64,000 bases of DNA from an uncultured Desulfospira sp. (lineage in GTDB: Bacteria > Desulfobacterota > Desulfobacteria > Desulfobacterales > Desulfobacteraceae): contig OY760175.1 in NCBI GenBank assembly GCA_963663165.1, positions 3,968,001 to 4,032,000 of the forward strand. Reading direction: 5' to 3'. This document shows, piece after piece, positions 1-9,731 of the stretch. Made by a program: the position numbers and the translations under genes. The number at the start of each line of letters is the position of its first letter. Positions within the stretch are counted from its first letter, which is position 1. The notes below the pieces were generated by a model. It saw only the letters and a list, made by a program, of their open reading frames with translations. It was not told the DNA's origin and searched no databases.

Positions 1-596
1 TAATAAGTCACGAATACTGCTAAATCGTCAGTATTAAGGTTACCGTTATTGTAGAATGAAATAAAAGCTTTTAAATCGGCACCGTCAATGTCCCCATCCC
101 CGTCAAAATCGCCGGCACATGATCCCCAGAACGCCTTGACTCCATGGGTATTTGAAGTGCTGTAATCAAATACGATCCAACCGACATTCTCTGCCCAGGC
201 CTTGCCCGTGAATATTCCTGTATTCAGATCAATTGAAACACCATAATCCACTGAAGAACAATTGCCTGTATTCTCACAAGAAAAACTTATCCAACCGATG
301 TTTTCTCCCCAGGCATATCCTAAAAGGTTGCCGTAGCTGTCATGCTCCACCCCTCCTGATTCGGGGTCCATTTTAATCCATCCAACATTTTCACCCCAGG
401 CATAACCGGTTAACGCTGTCTCCGTAAGGGTAACTCCGGAGCCAAAAGACGGATTAAAATTAACCCATCCAATATTTTCTCCCCAAGCATAACAGTGGCC
501 GTCATTATGAGGATCTATGTTTTTGGCAAAGCTGATTCCGATAAGCAAAAACAGCAGACAGGCTGAGGCTATGACAGAAACAGGTATTTTTTTCAT
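1..596 (-). CDS. Secreted protein with repeated YAWGENxGW motifs and a C-terminal dockerin/EF-hand-like motif (runs off window)
   Basis: Not in ORF track; read manually from ATG 596 (ATGA overlap with upstream stop): MKKIPVSVIASACLLFLLIGISFA signal peptide, four YAWGENIGW-type repeats, CAGDFDGDGDIDGADL; frame open to window edge. Confidence 0.75.
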   Translation of the reverse strand, partial: MKKIPVSVIASACLLFLLIGISFAKNIDPHNDGHCYAWGENIGWVNFNPSFGSGVTLTETALTGYAWGENVGWIKMDPESGGVEHDSYGNLLGYAWGENIGWISFSCENTGNCSSVDYGVSIDLNTGIFTGKAWAENVGWIVFDYSTSNTHGVKAFWGSCAGDFDGDGDIDGADLKAFISFYNNGNLNTDDLAVFVTY

Positions 597-1303
597 TTCA
601 TCAAACGCCCTTTTTTTCTTATTCCAGCAAGGCCGATAAGGCCTATACATAACAGGCATAGTGTTCCCGGCAATGGGACAAGATAAGCCGAACGAACAGC
701 CAGGCCGTAAGTTAAAACATCTTTGCTAATGGTTCCTTGCCCACCGGTATTAAAACTAAATTCCCAGGTAGATTGAAAATTCGAGTCATAAGCATATTCC
801 GTACCAAATCCGTATCCATTAGAATTTTTTATCAAATAGAGGAAAGGGCCTGTATTATTCAACCCGTACTCGCTTCTTATACTTCCATCAGTATTATAAC
901 GACCGACATTCCCGAGGCTTTCGTAGAATAAATGCCCTAACTCGCTGGTAATGATATTATAGCCTCCTGTCGTGGTCCCGTCATAACCCCGTTCAAAAAG
1001 GCCATCAACAGCTTCGGGCAATCTCCAGTCACCAGTCCAGGATATATTGAAATCCTCAAAAAATTGGCAGCTCAATTCTTCAGTGTTATTTAAGCTGTCA
1101 GCCCAGGCAGTTTGAGTATTATAATCTGACAACCCATGGGTGTAGTCCAGCCAGATCAAATGCTGAACATCGTCATAAATCAGTTGGTATGTCCCGCCAT
1201 TATAATTTGCCTGGCCGACATAGATTAAGCTTGCCTGGGATACTCCCAATTGGCCTGCTACAAACAATAATGCAGTAAAACTAATTAAAATGTATTTATT
1301 CAT
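593..1303 (-). CDS. PEP-CTERM (VPLPG variant) sorting-domain surface protein, Lcl/DUF1566-like
   Basis: Signal peptide; WRLP and SELGHLFY motifs; C-terminal VPLPG + hydrophobic helix + RKKGR basic tail. Confidence 0.75.
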   Translation of the reverse strand: MNKYILISFTALLFVAGQLGVSQASLIYVGQANYNGGTYQLIYDDVQHLIWLDYTHGLSDYNTQTAWADSLNNTEELSCQFFEDFNISWTGDWRLPEAVDGLFERGYDGTTTGGYNIITSELGHLFYESLGNVGRYNTDGSIRSEYGLNNTGPFLYLIKNSNGYGFGTEYAYDSNFQSTWEFSFNTGGQGTISKDVLTYGLAVRSAYLVPLPGTLCLLCIGLIGLAGIRKKGRLMK

Positions 1304-1353
1304 TTTCTTTCCGCCCCCTTAGCCCAATCGTTAAGAGACATTTTATTTTAGTG

Positions 1354-2085
1354 TTAATCACGAACCGGCCAGACATACCGTGATCCTGTCTTTAAATAAA
1401 AAGAATATGTTGTGCCAGCATTCATATTAACACACCAGGCATAATTCCCTTCAGAATCAAGAATTCGGGAGGTACTTGACCAATATGCACCGTTAACAAC
1501 ATTATTAAACGGGTCTCCTTGATTACATTGATTGTTGCCTTCTGTATTCGAAATACATGGCCCGACAAAAGAAATTGCACGCAAGCTTTCCAGCTCATTG
1601 ATATTTGGAAGCCGCCAGTCTCCTGCAGAAGAACCGTCCGTAAGAGTTGAATCATCATCTTCCAGGTTGTTACACAGAGTCAGTGCCGTAGCCCAATCCT
1701 GAGCGGCCTCAAAATGATTTGCATTCTTCAGCCAAGTTAGTCCGGTAAGTTTGTCTGTCACAGTACCATTATTGTTATCCACGAATCGAGGTTCTGGCCA
1801 GGAAACCCCTTTTTGGTAATATCTATCATCATAGTTCAAAAAATGGTCTTCCAAATTTGTCTTAGGAAGAGGCGCATCGGTACAAACCAAATCATCCGTA
1901 TAAGCAATAAGCTCATCAACTTTAGCAGACAGCTCAGAATTCTTCTGGGATATCTCTTGCAATGAGACCATTGTCGGTTCAGGGCTACTTGGCGGTTCAA
2001 GATCCCCTGCCAAGATACCTGCAGGGGATACCAAAATCATAATTGCCAACAAAAGCAGCCTTAATTCTTTAAACCATTCCATCAT
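1354..2085 (-). CDS. Lcl C-terminal (DUF1566) domain secreted protein
   Basis: RFVDNNNGTVTDKLTGLTW, WRLPNINEL, YWSST, WPVRD motifs; likely start ATG 2085 after GGAG. Confidence 0.8.
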   Translation of the reverse strand: MMEWFKELRLLLLAIMILVSPAGILAGDLEPPSSPEPTMVSLQEISQKNSELSAKVDELIAYTDDLVCTDAPLPKTNLEDHFLNYDDRYYQKGVSWPEPRFVDNNNGTVTDKLTGLTWLKNANHFEAAQDWATALTLCNNLEDDDSTLTDGSSAGDWRLPNINELESLRAISFVGPCISNTEGNNQCNQGDPFNNVVNGAYWSSTSRILDSEGNYAWCVNMNAGTTYSFYLKTGSRYVWPVRD

Positions 2086-2856
2086 TCTTCTCCAAATAAT
2101 TTTGTATGAAAGATTTGAGACCTGGAATATAGAATTTGAGATCTCTTTGGACAAGCCGTTCTCAAATTTAAATCTATCATCATTAGAACGGGTCCCTCAC
2201 GGGCCATAAAAAAGGCCCTTGCTCAGTGGCGGTTGAATCTTTTATTCTGCCATATATCGTGCCTTCGTCCATGGAAACTATCCAGGCATAAGTTTCGTCG
2301 GACATATAAGTAGAACTAGACCAATAAAGGTAATTTTCAATATTATAAAAAGGGTTATCGGATATGCAGGGGTTTGAGTGTTGAAAATTACGCAAGCTTT
2401 TTAATTCATTTAAATTAGGCATTCGCCAGTTTCCCTGGACAGACCCGTCTGTGAGATCGCCACCGGCGGCAAGATCATGGCAGGCCTGTATGGCATCCTC
2501 CCATTTCAATTGGCCGAAATCGTTTGCATTCCTAAGCCAGACGAGATTTGTAAGATTGTCGGTAACCGTTCCATCCCCATTATTCGTAAATCTTGTTTCC
2601 GGAAGTGGAACACCTTTATTTTTATCTGCGTCATCGTGATCTGCAAATATTGTCAACTGGCCGGTTTTCGGCACCGGTGCGTCCCCACAGGCCAAAGCGG
2701 CTTCAATCTTATCGAGAATCACCTGGCTTTGTGTATACACATCTTCAAGCGTCATCATTGTAGACCCAGGGCTGCTTGATGGCTCTAAATCCCCTGCTAT
2801 GATAAAGATGGGGCAATGTAACATCACTAATAGCAGTAAAAGGGCTATCATAATTA

Positions 2857-4734
2857 GTGCCTGACCGGAAATTGGAACCATCATATTTTCCAGGGGTATC
2901 TGGGCTGAAATTCGTTTGAAGTTTCTGTTGTGATATGAATTACTTGTTGCTTTTTACTAATTACTATGTTAATCTAACCCTATAAAATTATATAGGATTT
3001 ATGTTTTGTGAGACAAGCCAATAGTAATTCAAACTTCAACATTCCATCAGAACTTCGAGGTCGTTTTGCGTAAAATTTTTGAACTACAGATGACATTCGG
3101 GCAGACCCCTATCGATCAAATTAAAATTGATATGAGAGCCAGGGATGAAATCCCCAAACTTCTTTTGGGACTCCAACATATCTATTGCGACCAGAGTCTT
3201 CGACAAAAAGTTTTTGATATCCTCACGGACATGATCCCAGAAAGTACCGATTCTAAAAATGGACGTCCCGGTATGGACCTGTGGAAGATCCTTGTAATGG
3301 GCGTCATTCGGCTCAATTGCAATTGGGATTATGATAAACTCCAGGAAATGGTGAACAACCACAAAACAATAAGGCAGATGCTGGGGCATGGCATGATGGA
3401 CAATGATATCGCCTACCCCCTTCAGACCCTGAAAGATAATGTCAGGCTTATGACCCCAGATATTCTTGACAAAATCAACACTCTGGTTGTGCAAGAAGGC
3501 CATAAACTTCTGATGAAAAAAAAACTTCGGACGATGGAGCCTTGATTGGGCGGTGTGATTCATTCGTTGTAGAAACCAATGTTCATTATCCCACAGATAT
3601 CAACCTGCTTTTTGATGCAGTCCGAAAAATGATTCAAATTGCCGCTATTATCAGCCAGGACATTGGAACGAGTATGTGGCGGCAATCAGCGTATAATATT
3701 AAAGCATTTAAAAAGCTTTATCGAATAGTCCAGCGTTTGAAACATTCCACATCAAAGGATGAAAAGAAAAAGGCCAAAAGAGTCCAGCAAATTATGGATG
3801 CCCATACAGCATATATCAAGCTTGCTGAAAAATATATTCAAAAGGCGCGATTGACCGTGGAAATGATACCGGCATCCGATATTATATGTGCAGCCCGAGC
3901 TGAAGAATTACAAACATATATCAACTACGCACTTTGGCAAATTGATTTGATCAAACGCCGGGTGTTACAGGATGAAAAGATCCCCCATGAAGACAAGATT
4001 TTTTCGATTTTCGAACCCCACACGGAGTGGATTTCAAAAGGCAAGGCCGGTGTTCCCCAGGAATTGGGCTTGCGGGTATGTATCCTGGAGGACCAATATG
4101 GCTTTATCCTGCACCACCGGGTGATGGAGAAAGAAACCGATGATAAAGTCGCCGTTGCGATGGTAACATTGGCACAAAGCAAATTTTCTGATCTCAAAGG
4201 ATGCAGTTTTGATAAAGGGTTTTACTCTCCAGGCAACAAAAAGGACCTGAAGGGCAGATTGGATATTTTGGTGCTTCCGAAAAAAGGCAGATGCAACAAG
4301 GCGGAATATGAAGAAGAAACAGCGGAAGATTTCATTCGTTTTAAAAGAAAACATTCAGCGGTGGAATCTGCCATAAACGGACTGGAAAATCATGGTCTTG
4401 ACAGATGCCCGGATCATGGCATTCAAGGGTTTAAGAGGTATGTGAGCCTGTCGGTTTTGGCAAGAAATCTCCAGATCATCGGGCATCACATACAACAAAA
4501 GGGATTAAAAAAGCTGCAAGGGTCTGAACAGCGCAAAGCAGCTTAAAACAGGCCATTGCTTAAAAAAAACACGGCAAACACTACAGTTGCGTCCGGAAAA
4601 GGAGAAAGTTGCCGAAAACCGGCAGAGATGGAAGCATTTCTCCCGGTTTGTGATGACAGGAACAACAAAGATTTAAGGTTTTGTCAAACATCGACCCCCT
4701 GAAAATTTCAAAATCGGGGTTTCCGGTCAGGCAC
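2857..4734 (+). mobile_element. Insertion sequence, ISNCY (ISDol1-like) group, 1,878 bp
   Basis: Perfect terminal IR GTGCCTGACCGGAAA; 6-bp TSD TAATTA at 2851-2856 and 4735-4740; family call from size, TSD and transposase appearance. Confidence 0.85.
3066..4546 (+). CDS. DDE transposase (ISNCY/IS5-like), joined by a -1 frameshift
   Basis: ORFs 3066-3545 and 3542-4546 are in -1 relation at an A9 run (3516-3524); GRPGMDLW, RCDSFVVETNVHYPTD, FDKGF, HSAVESAINGLE motifs; about 493 aa if fused. Confidence 0.85.
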
Positions 4735-5063
4735 TAATTATCTTACGAATAGTCATCTTAAGATATCTCCTATCTAAATCTTGTTGAAGCGAATTTTGCT
4801 ATTTTTTTCTGATATCTAAGCCATCTTGCAAAGTCAAGGTAAATTTTTTTATTGATAGAATTCTAATAAATCAGGATAATAGAAAAGAAATGACCATCAA
4901 AAAAAGAGGCAAGCCGATTGTTGGCTCTATTCAAAATCCCTTCTTGAAAACTTCTCATAAATTAACTGAGCAATCATGGTTATAAAACTCAGACCCCAAA
5001 TCCGAATTCAAATACCAAATCTTGTGGTCCGGTTCAAATCCCCAGATTACATTTTATATATCA

Positions 5064-5279
5064 TCAACCAACCGTAGCAGCTTGCCCAGACGGACACTGT
5101 AAATCCCGTGCCACCACTTTTGATTTAATCCAATTCTCAACCTCGGTATCAACCCACCCAACAGACCGGACCCCCAACTTAATTGACTGAGGGAAGGCCC
5201 CCGTCTCCATGAGGGAATATATTTGAGACCGGCAAAAGCCGGTTGTTTCCGTTACATCTTTAATTCGCAGTATTTTCAT
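5064..5279 (-). CDS. AlpA family transcriptional regulator / recombination directionality factor
   Basis: ILRIKDV..TG..RS.IY..M..G.FPQSIKLGVRSVGW...EVENWI signature. Confidence 0.88.
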   Translation of the reverse strand: MKILRIKDVTETTGFCRSQIYSLMETGAFPQSIKLGVRSVGWVDTEVENWIKSKVVARDLQCPSGQAATVG

Positions 5280-5302
5280 TGTTGAGCCTCTAATTTTCCC
5301 CG

Positions 5303-5557
5303 TTATTCATCGAAAAGCGTCATTTGCCTGGGGTCACTGTTTTTTTTGATTGTCCTGGAGGGCTGTTTCCCGGTAGCAAGCCGGCAAGCCTTTCGCCATG
5401 CCTTGTGCCCGCTTGAGGTGCCGCCATACTGAACACGGCTGCAATATTCCTAGTACCCCATGCGAAGGACCTTGTTGACGTATTTTTTGTCTTTGAGGTT
5501 CACGCCGTCCAAAAGTTCGGCGACCAGGGCTTTTGCAGGAGTGATCAGGTTAGACAT
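5303..5557 (-). pseudogene. Hypothetical 84-codon ORF with one in-frame TAG
   Basis: ATG 5557 to TAA 5303 in one frame with a single TAG at 5450-5452; ends QMTLFDE; directly upstream of AlpA. Confidence 0.45.
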
Positions 5558-5783
5558 GGATCGCCCCCAAGGAGCTAAAGGGGGGTGAAAACAAAAATCC
5601 GGTCGTGGCCTGAAACAACGGCCATGCCGGATTATTTGAAAGCTGATTTTCCATATTGCCCTCCATTATGGAGAGCAACAAGGGTGTGGTGATTACCTGT
5701 GCCGGTCAATCATGTGTATGACGGCATAGGGTTTGTTTGTGTGTCAATTATTATTTTTTTTTGCACTCGTGCGTAAAAAAGCG

Positions 5784-5813
5784 TTGACAATAATTACACA
5801 CGGTGTGTAAATT
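5784..5813 (+). promoter_or_regulatory. Sigma70 promoter of hicAB with palindromic operator
   Basis: TTGACA at 5784-5789; palindrome TTACACAC-G-GTGTGTAA at 5794-5810 in the spacer/-10 region, typical of antitoxin autorepression. Confidence 0.65.
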
Positions 5814-5837
5814 TTGATAAAACAAAGGGGATGTTCA

Positions 5838-6011
5838 ATGAACAAACGCCAACTCAAGAAAAAACTTAAAGAAAAAGGGGCATCATTCATTCGTCAGGGT
5901 GGGGGGCATGAGGTTTGGCTGAGTAAAAACGGTTATATGTTCACGGTTCCCCGGCATAATGAAATTTTAGAGAGAACGGCAAAAGACATATTGAAACAGG
6001 CTGATAAATAA
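5838..6011 (+). CDS. hicA: HicA family toxin (mRNA interferase)
   Basis: RQGGGHEVW...TVPRH.EI...TAKDILKQA signature. Confidence 0.88.
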   Translation: MNKRQLKKKLKEKGASFIRQGGGHEVWLSKNGYMFTVPRHNEILERTAKDILKQADK

Positions 6012-6021
6012 GGAGAAAGCT

Positions 6022-6429
6022 ATGGAAATATATTATGGGATTTTCTCTCCGGACGAAAGCGGCTGGGCTGTCCGGTTCCCGGATGCCCCGGCGGTGAACA
6101 CCTGCGGTGAGGATATCGAACAGGCCCTTGAAATGGCCGTGGACGCCTTAAGCGCAATTATGGTTATGGGCCGGAAAGGGCGAGAGTATGAGGTCCCAAG
6201 GGGGTATGAGGAAATTAAAGCTGAGGCTGAACCCGGGGAGCTTATTTTTCCAGTGATGCCGACGGAAAAGGCGATGGAGGAATACCGACCCAAAAAGCGT
6301 ATTAATGTTATGATCCCGGTGGACCTGCTGGACCGTGTGAATGAACACGTCAAAAGTCAGGATGGGGTTGACCGGTCAAAGTTTATTTGCGGAGCCGTTG
6401 AAAAAAGTCTTGAGATGGAAACTGAATAG
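6022..6429 (+). CDS. hicB: HicB family antitoxin with C-terminal ribbon-helix-helix
   Basis: VRFPDAP..NTCGEDIEQALEMA N-terminus; KRINVMIP..LL..V...RSKFI RHH; follows hicA. Confidence 0.88.
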   Translation: MEIYYGIFSPDESGWAVRFPDAPAVNTCGEDIEQALEMAVDALSAIMVMGRKGREYEVPRGYEEIKAEAEPGELIFPVMPTEKAMEEYRPKKRINVMIPVDLLDRVNEHVKSQDGVDRSKFICGAVEKSLEMETE

Positions 6430-6449
6430 GGGCGGTTATATAGAAGTAC

Positions 6450-6481
6450 AAAAGGGGTTAACCGAAACCGGCTAACCCCTT
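6450..6481. terminator. Stem-loop terminator (original tRNA-Met terminator, probably also ends hicAB)
   Basis: AAGGGGTTA...TAACCCCTT hairpin abutting the att repeat, T-run on minus strand. Confidence 0.6.
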
Positions 6482-6525
6482 GAATTATCTGGTAGCGACG
6501 CAGGGATTTGAACCCCGGACTCTGC
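6478..6525 (-). repeat. att site: 48-bp direct repeat of tRNA-Met 3' portion plus trailer
   Basis: Identical to 18700-18747 (CCTTGAATTATCTGGTAGCGACGCAGGGATTTGAACCCCGGACTCTGC). Confidence 0.92.
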
Positions 6526-7045
6526 TGTTCTACCCGCATGTTGGCCAAATGTGTGCCTTCGCGTTTGTCTATGTCGTGGGCATGTGTGTAAACTTTTTGG
6601 GCAGGGGAGTCAAGACCAATATGGTAGAATTTTTCAGTGAATAACCTGTCTTTAAGTATTGATTGACACAAGCCTTCCAAAGCAATATCAGACCTGAGTG
6701 TCTTTATCATGATAGCTAAACTGAAAGGTGATTTATGAAACGCTTACTTACTGCTTGTTTGTTCGTTGTGTTGTTACTTGCTGCTGATACTTTGGGCTGC
6801 ATCGGCGGGGTATTACCATTACCAGTTCTCAGGGGCCGAAAATTCCACCACAAATTTCTGAGTGCCTGTTATTAAGATGCTTCAGGGAACGGTTACCCCC
6901 CGTGCCCCCGGGCCGGTAACCAGTCTGCTTAATTCCCGGCTAATAACGGCCCGTTTCTATTCAAAATGGTGGCGCTCTTTGAATACTTCCAAGTTAACCG
7001 GGAGTATGCCCCGGACTGTTCAACCAGGAGCGCCGCCCTATGTCC

Positions 7046-7543
7046 TTACCCTGCCTTCAAGACATTATAGATGGTGGCCCGGCTGACCCCGTACGCCTTG
7101 GACAATTGGGTGGGATTCATGCCGTTGCTTCGCTTGCTTCGGATCTCGGATCTCTGCTGGCTGTTGAGCGTTGGCTTACGTCCCTTGTAGACTCCCTGGG
7201 CCTTGGCCCTCTGTATCCCTGCGGTCTGTCTTTCCTTTCTTAGGTTCGTCTCAAATTCAGCAAAGACCCCCAGCATCTGAAGGAAGGCCTTTCCACTGGC
7301 CGTGCTGGTGTCTATCTTCTGGTCCAGGATTTCAAGGCTTGCCCCCTTGTCTCTGAGAGTCTCCATGATGTCGGACAGGTCTTTCATGTTCCTGGCAAGG
7401 CGGTCCAGCTTCCAGACCACAAGCTTTTCTCCCTGGTCAACCATCTTGAGGACGGTATCAAGCTGATCCCGGCCTTTAGTCGTGGTCCCTGACTTCTTTT
7501 CCTCCAGGATCTTAGCGTCAGGACATACCGCACCAAGTCGCAC
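7046..7543 (-). pseudogene. Serine recombinase (resolvase), N-terminally truncated
   Basis: LVVWKLDRLARN, FAEFETNLRKERQ, YKGRKP and C-terminal HTH present; catalytic YxRVS motif absent upstream. Confidence 0.75.
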
Positions 7544-7746
7544 CAGTCTTAGAATTACCCGTTTTTGATTGCCGCATTCGTGTCACCAGAGTGTGTCACG
7601 TATGGTGTACCTTTCGGAACACGCCTGGTATGTCCCAAGACCCGCATGGTTAGATGTAACGTAAAGCCATTTTAATGTTTTACTTGACATTTGTACGTAA
7701 GGTCTTTAGGGTTACGTAACACTGACCCCAATTAGGAGACCACACC

Positions 7747-8340
7747 ATGACAAATGAGCAGGCACAACGTAACGGCAACACCGCCGGGCAGCACATTGGC
7801 TACATTCGGGTAAGCACCATTGACCAGAACACCCAGCGACAACTTGACGGCATCAGGTTGGACCGGACATTCACGGATAAGATCAGTGGCAAGGATGTTA
7901 ACAGGCCGAGTCTTCAAGAGTGCCTAAGTTATGTCCGGCAGGGAGACGCGCTTCATGTCCACAGTATGGATAGACTTGCCCGGAATCTGATGGATCTTCA
8001 AAAGATGGTTGAGGACCTTACGGCCAAGGGTGTGACTGTCCATTTCCACAAGGAAAGCCTGGTGTTCAATAATGACGCCAACGCTATGAGCCACCTAATG
8101 CTCCAGATTATGGGCGCTGTCGCTGAGTTTGAACGGTCGTTGATCCGGGAGCGGCAACAAGAAGGGATCGCCAAGGCCAAGCAAGCAGGCAAGCACCTGG
8201 GGCGGCGTTACAGTATGACAATGGAGCAGGTCAAGGAAGCCATGGCCATGATAGACGGCGGGTCTTCCAAGACTGAAGTCGCTGAGTACTTCGGGATCAG
8301 CCGTCAAAGCCTATATCGGAACCTGGAACGGACGGCGTAA
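7747..8340 (+). CDS. Serine recombinase (resolvase/invertase family)
   Basis: GYIRVST catalytic motif, SMDRLARN, AEFERSLIRERQ, C-terminal HTH; RBS AGGAG. Confidence 0.92.
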   Translation: MTNEQAQRNGNTAGQHIGYIRVSTIDQNTQRQLDGIRLDRTFTDKISGKDVNRPSLQECLSYVRQGDALHVHSMDRLARNLMDLQKMVEDLTAKGVTVHFHKESLVFNNDANAMSHLMLQIMGAVAEFERSLIRERQQEGIAKAKQAGKHLGRRYSMTMEQVKEAMAMIDGGSSKTEVAEYFGISRQSLYRNLERTA

Positions 8341-8748
8341 ATGTGGGCCTGAGGGCTCGATATTTTCGATTTCAGGGCCGTTTGCCACCCATGGTATACG
8401 ACTCTATCAACGGCGGTTGATTGCCGTTCAGATTCATTATTAGGCCGCTCAAATTACTATCAGTAATGTATAGGTTATGCATCATGTGTGCCACAGTTTG
8501 GATCGACTGATAGTCAAGCTATTCCGTCTCGGCACGATTCATGCTTATATTTACATTTAGAGGGACCTCACGCTGCACCAAAATCGACAAAACGTCCCTG
8601 AAATCGTGGTGGTCTGAGCTTTCCAATGGATCTATGGTTCCGGACCGATGACCTTGGTACGTTAGATGCCCTCAGTTCTGAGGAGGGCTCCCACGGCTAC
8701 GCATAGCCCACTACAACCGCCCCCGAAAGCCTACGATTTCAGTAAGAT

Positions 8749-8909
8749 TAACTGAATATCTAAAGAGAAGACGTCGGGCTTACAGTGCCGGTCCATTGTC
8801 CGGCTTTATATATAACCACAATGATGGGTGTCAGGTTAAAACCTGGTGGTCATCATTGTGGTTTCCAGGCTATTTTAGGGTTCCTGAACGTAACTGAATA
8901 TCTAAAGAG
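8749..8909 (+). repeat. 19-bp direct repeat TAACTGAATATCTAAAGAG (8749-8767, 8891-8909)
   Basis: Two identical copies in the apparently non-coding region upstream of the RNase H operon. Confidence 0.8.
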
Positions 8910-9167
8910 GAAAAATCGAATATGGGCCGTATCGCCGGATTCCTCATCTGGGCTTTTGACAATCTGTTTTGGGGCAAAAGGTACGTACCCAATGTTCAAC
9001 CACCCGTCAACCCATAACCATAGGAGAAACCACTATGATTTGACCGCTGGTATTTTGCAAACAATACGCACACCTATTTTCCCAATCTTGCGCCGAATTT
9101 CAATGCACAGACCCAATTTTATACCGGTTGGAGTTCGACGGCCATAACCCCCTTGGAGAACAATGCA

Positions 9168-9374
9168 ATGCCTTCAAAACCGGCCCCAAAGCCCGAAAGT
9201 ACAACAGTAAGAGAACATCTTGACCCCCTGGCTAAGGCCCTGGCTAACCCCCGAAGTCTACGGGCCGCTATCAATGCCAAGTGCTATGACTGCTGTTGTT
9301 ACCAGCGAATTGAAGTAACTAAATGTACATCTACCGACTGCCCTCTTCACAACCTGCGGCCCTGGCAGAGATAA
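9168..9374 (+). CDS. Small Cys-rich (putative Zn-binding) phage-like protein
   Basis: AINAKCYDCC...EVTKC...CPL..LRP pattern; RBS GGAG. Confidence 0.6.
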   Translation: MPSKPAPKPESTTVREHLDPLAKALANPRSLRAAINAKCYDCCCYQRIEVTKCTSTDCPLHNLRPWQR

Positions 9375-9411
9375 GCCCAGGATCGCCAATTTATTACAGG
9401 AGAATATCATT

Positions 9412-9731
9412 ATGAAAGACAACCCACAGACAACCCCCAGTTGCGGTCCGTCGTAAGCATCAACAGGCATGGATACCAGCGTACCACCTTGTCAGGCCGC
9501 CGGTCCCTGTACCCGATCAACACCAGGATAGACAGGGAGTCCCATGACCACCTGGAAAGCCTTGTGGCTTACTATAATGGGATCACCGGTCTCAAGGTCC
9601 GGCCTTGTGTGATCATAAGACGTGCCCTGGCTGTACTTGCAGGCCGTATACCCAATGCTGACCCGGCGCTTGAACAAGCGGCAATCGTTCAGTGTAGCCA
9701 TTTGGAAGATCACCATAGGGAGACATTATGA
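9412..9731 (+). pseudogene. Hypothetical protein, probably frameshifted near start
   Basis: RBS AGGAGA + ATG 9412 is out of frame with ORF 9441-9731; removing an 11-bp duplication (AGACAACCCAC) or adding one C to a C5 run restores frame; stop overlaps RNase H start. Confidence 0.45.

Larger units (their letters stand above)
2183..4756 (-). pseudogene. Lcl/DUF1566 secreted protein, interrupted in its signal peptide by an IS
   Basis: Paralog of 1354-2085. Original start ATG 4756 (RBS GGAG); removing IS 2857-4734 plus one TAATTA restores MTIRKIIMIALLLLL..., 229 aa. Confidence 0.8.

Noticed and set aside
5025..5045. tRNA T-arm-like string GTCCGGTTCAAATCCCC as a third att site
   Set aside because: Short, imperfect and in opposite orientation to the att repeats
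5450..5452. Pyrrolysine read-through of in-frame TAG
   Set aside because: No pyl genes in view; a simple nonsense mutation in a decaying element is more parsimonious
6735..7040. Exported protein gene at island left end
   Set aside because: Signal-peptide-like start followed by stops and frame changes; at most a decayed remnant with no assignable product
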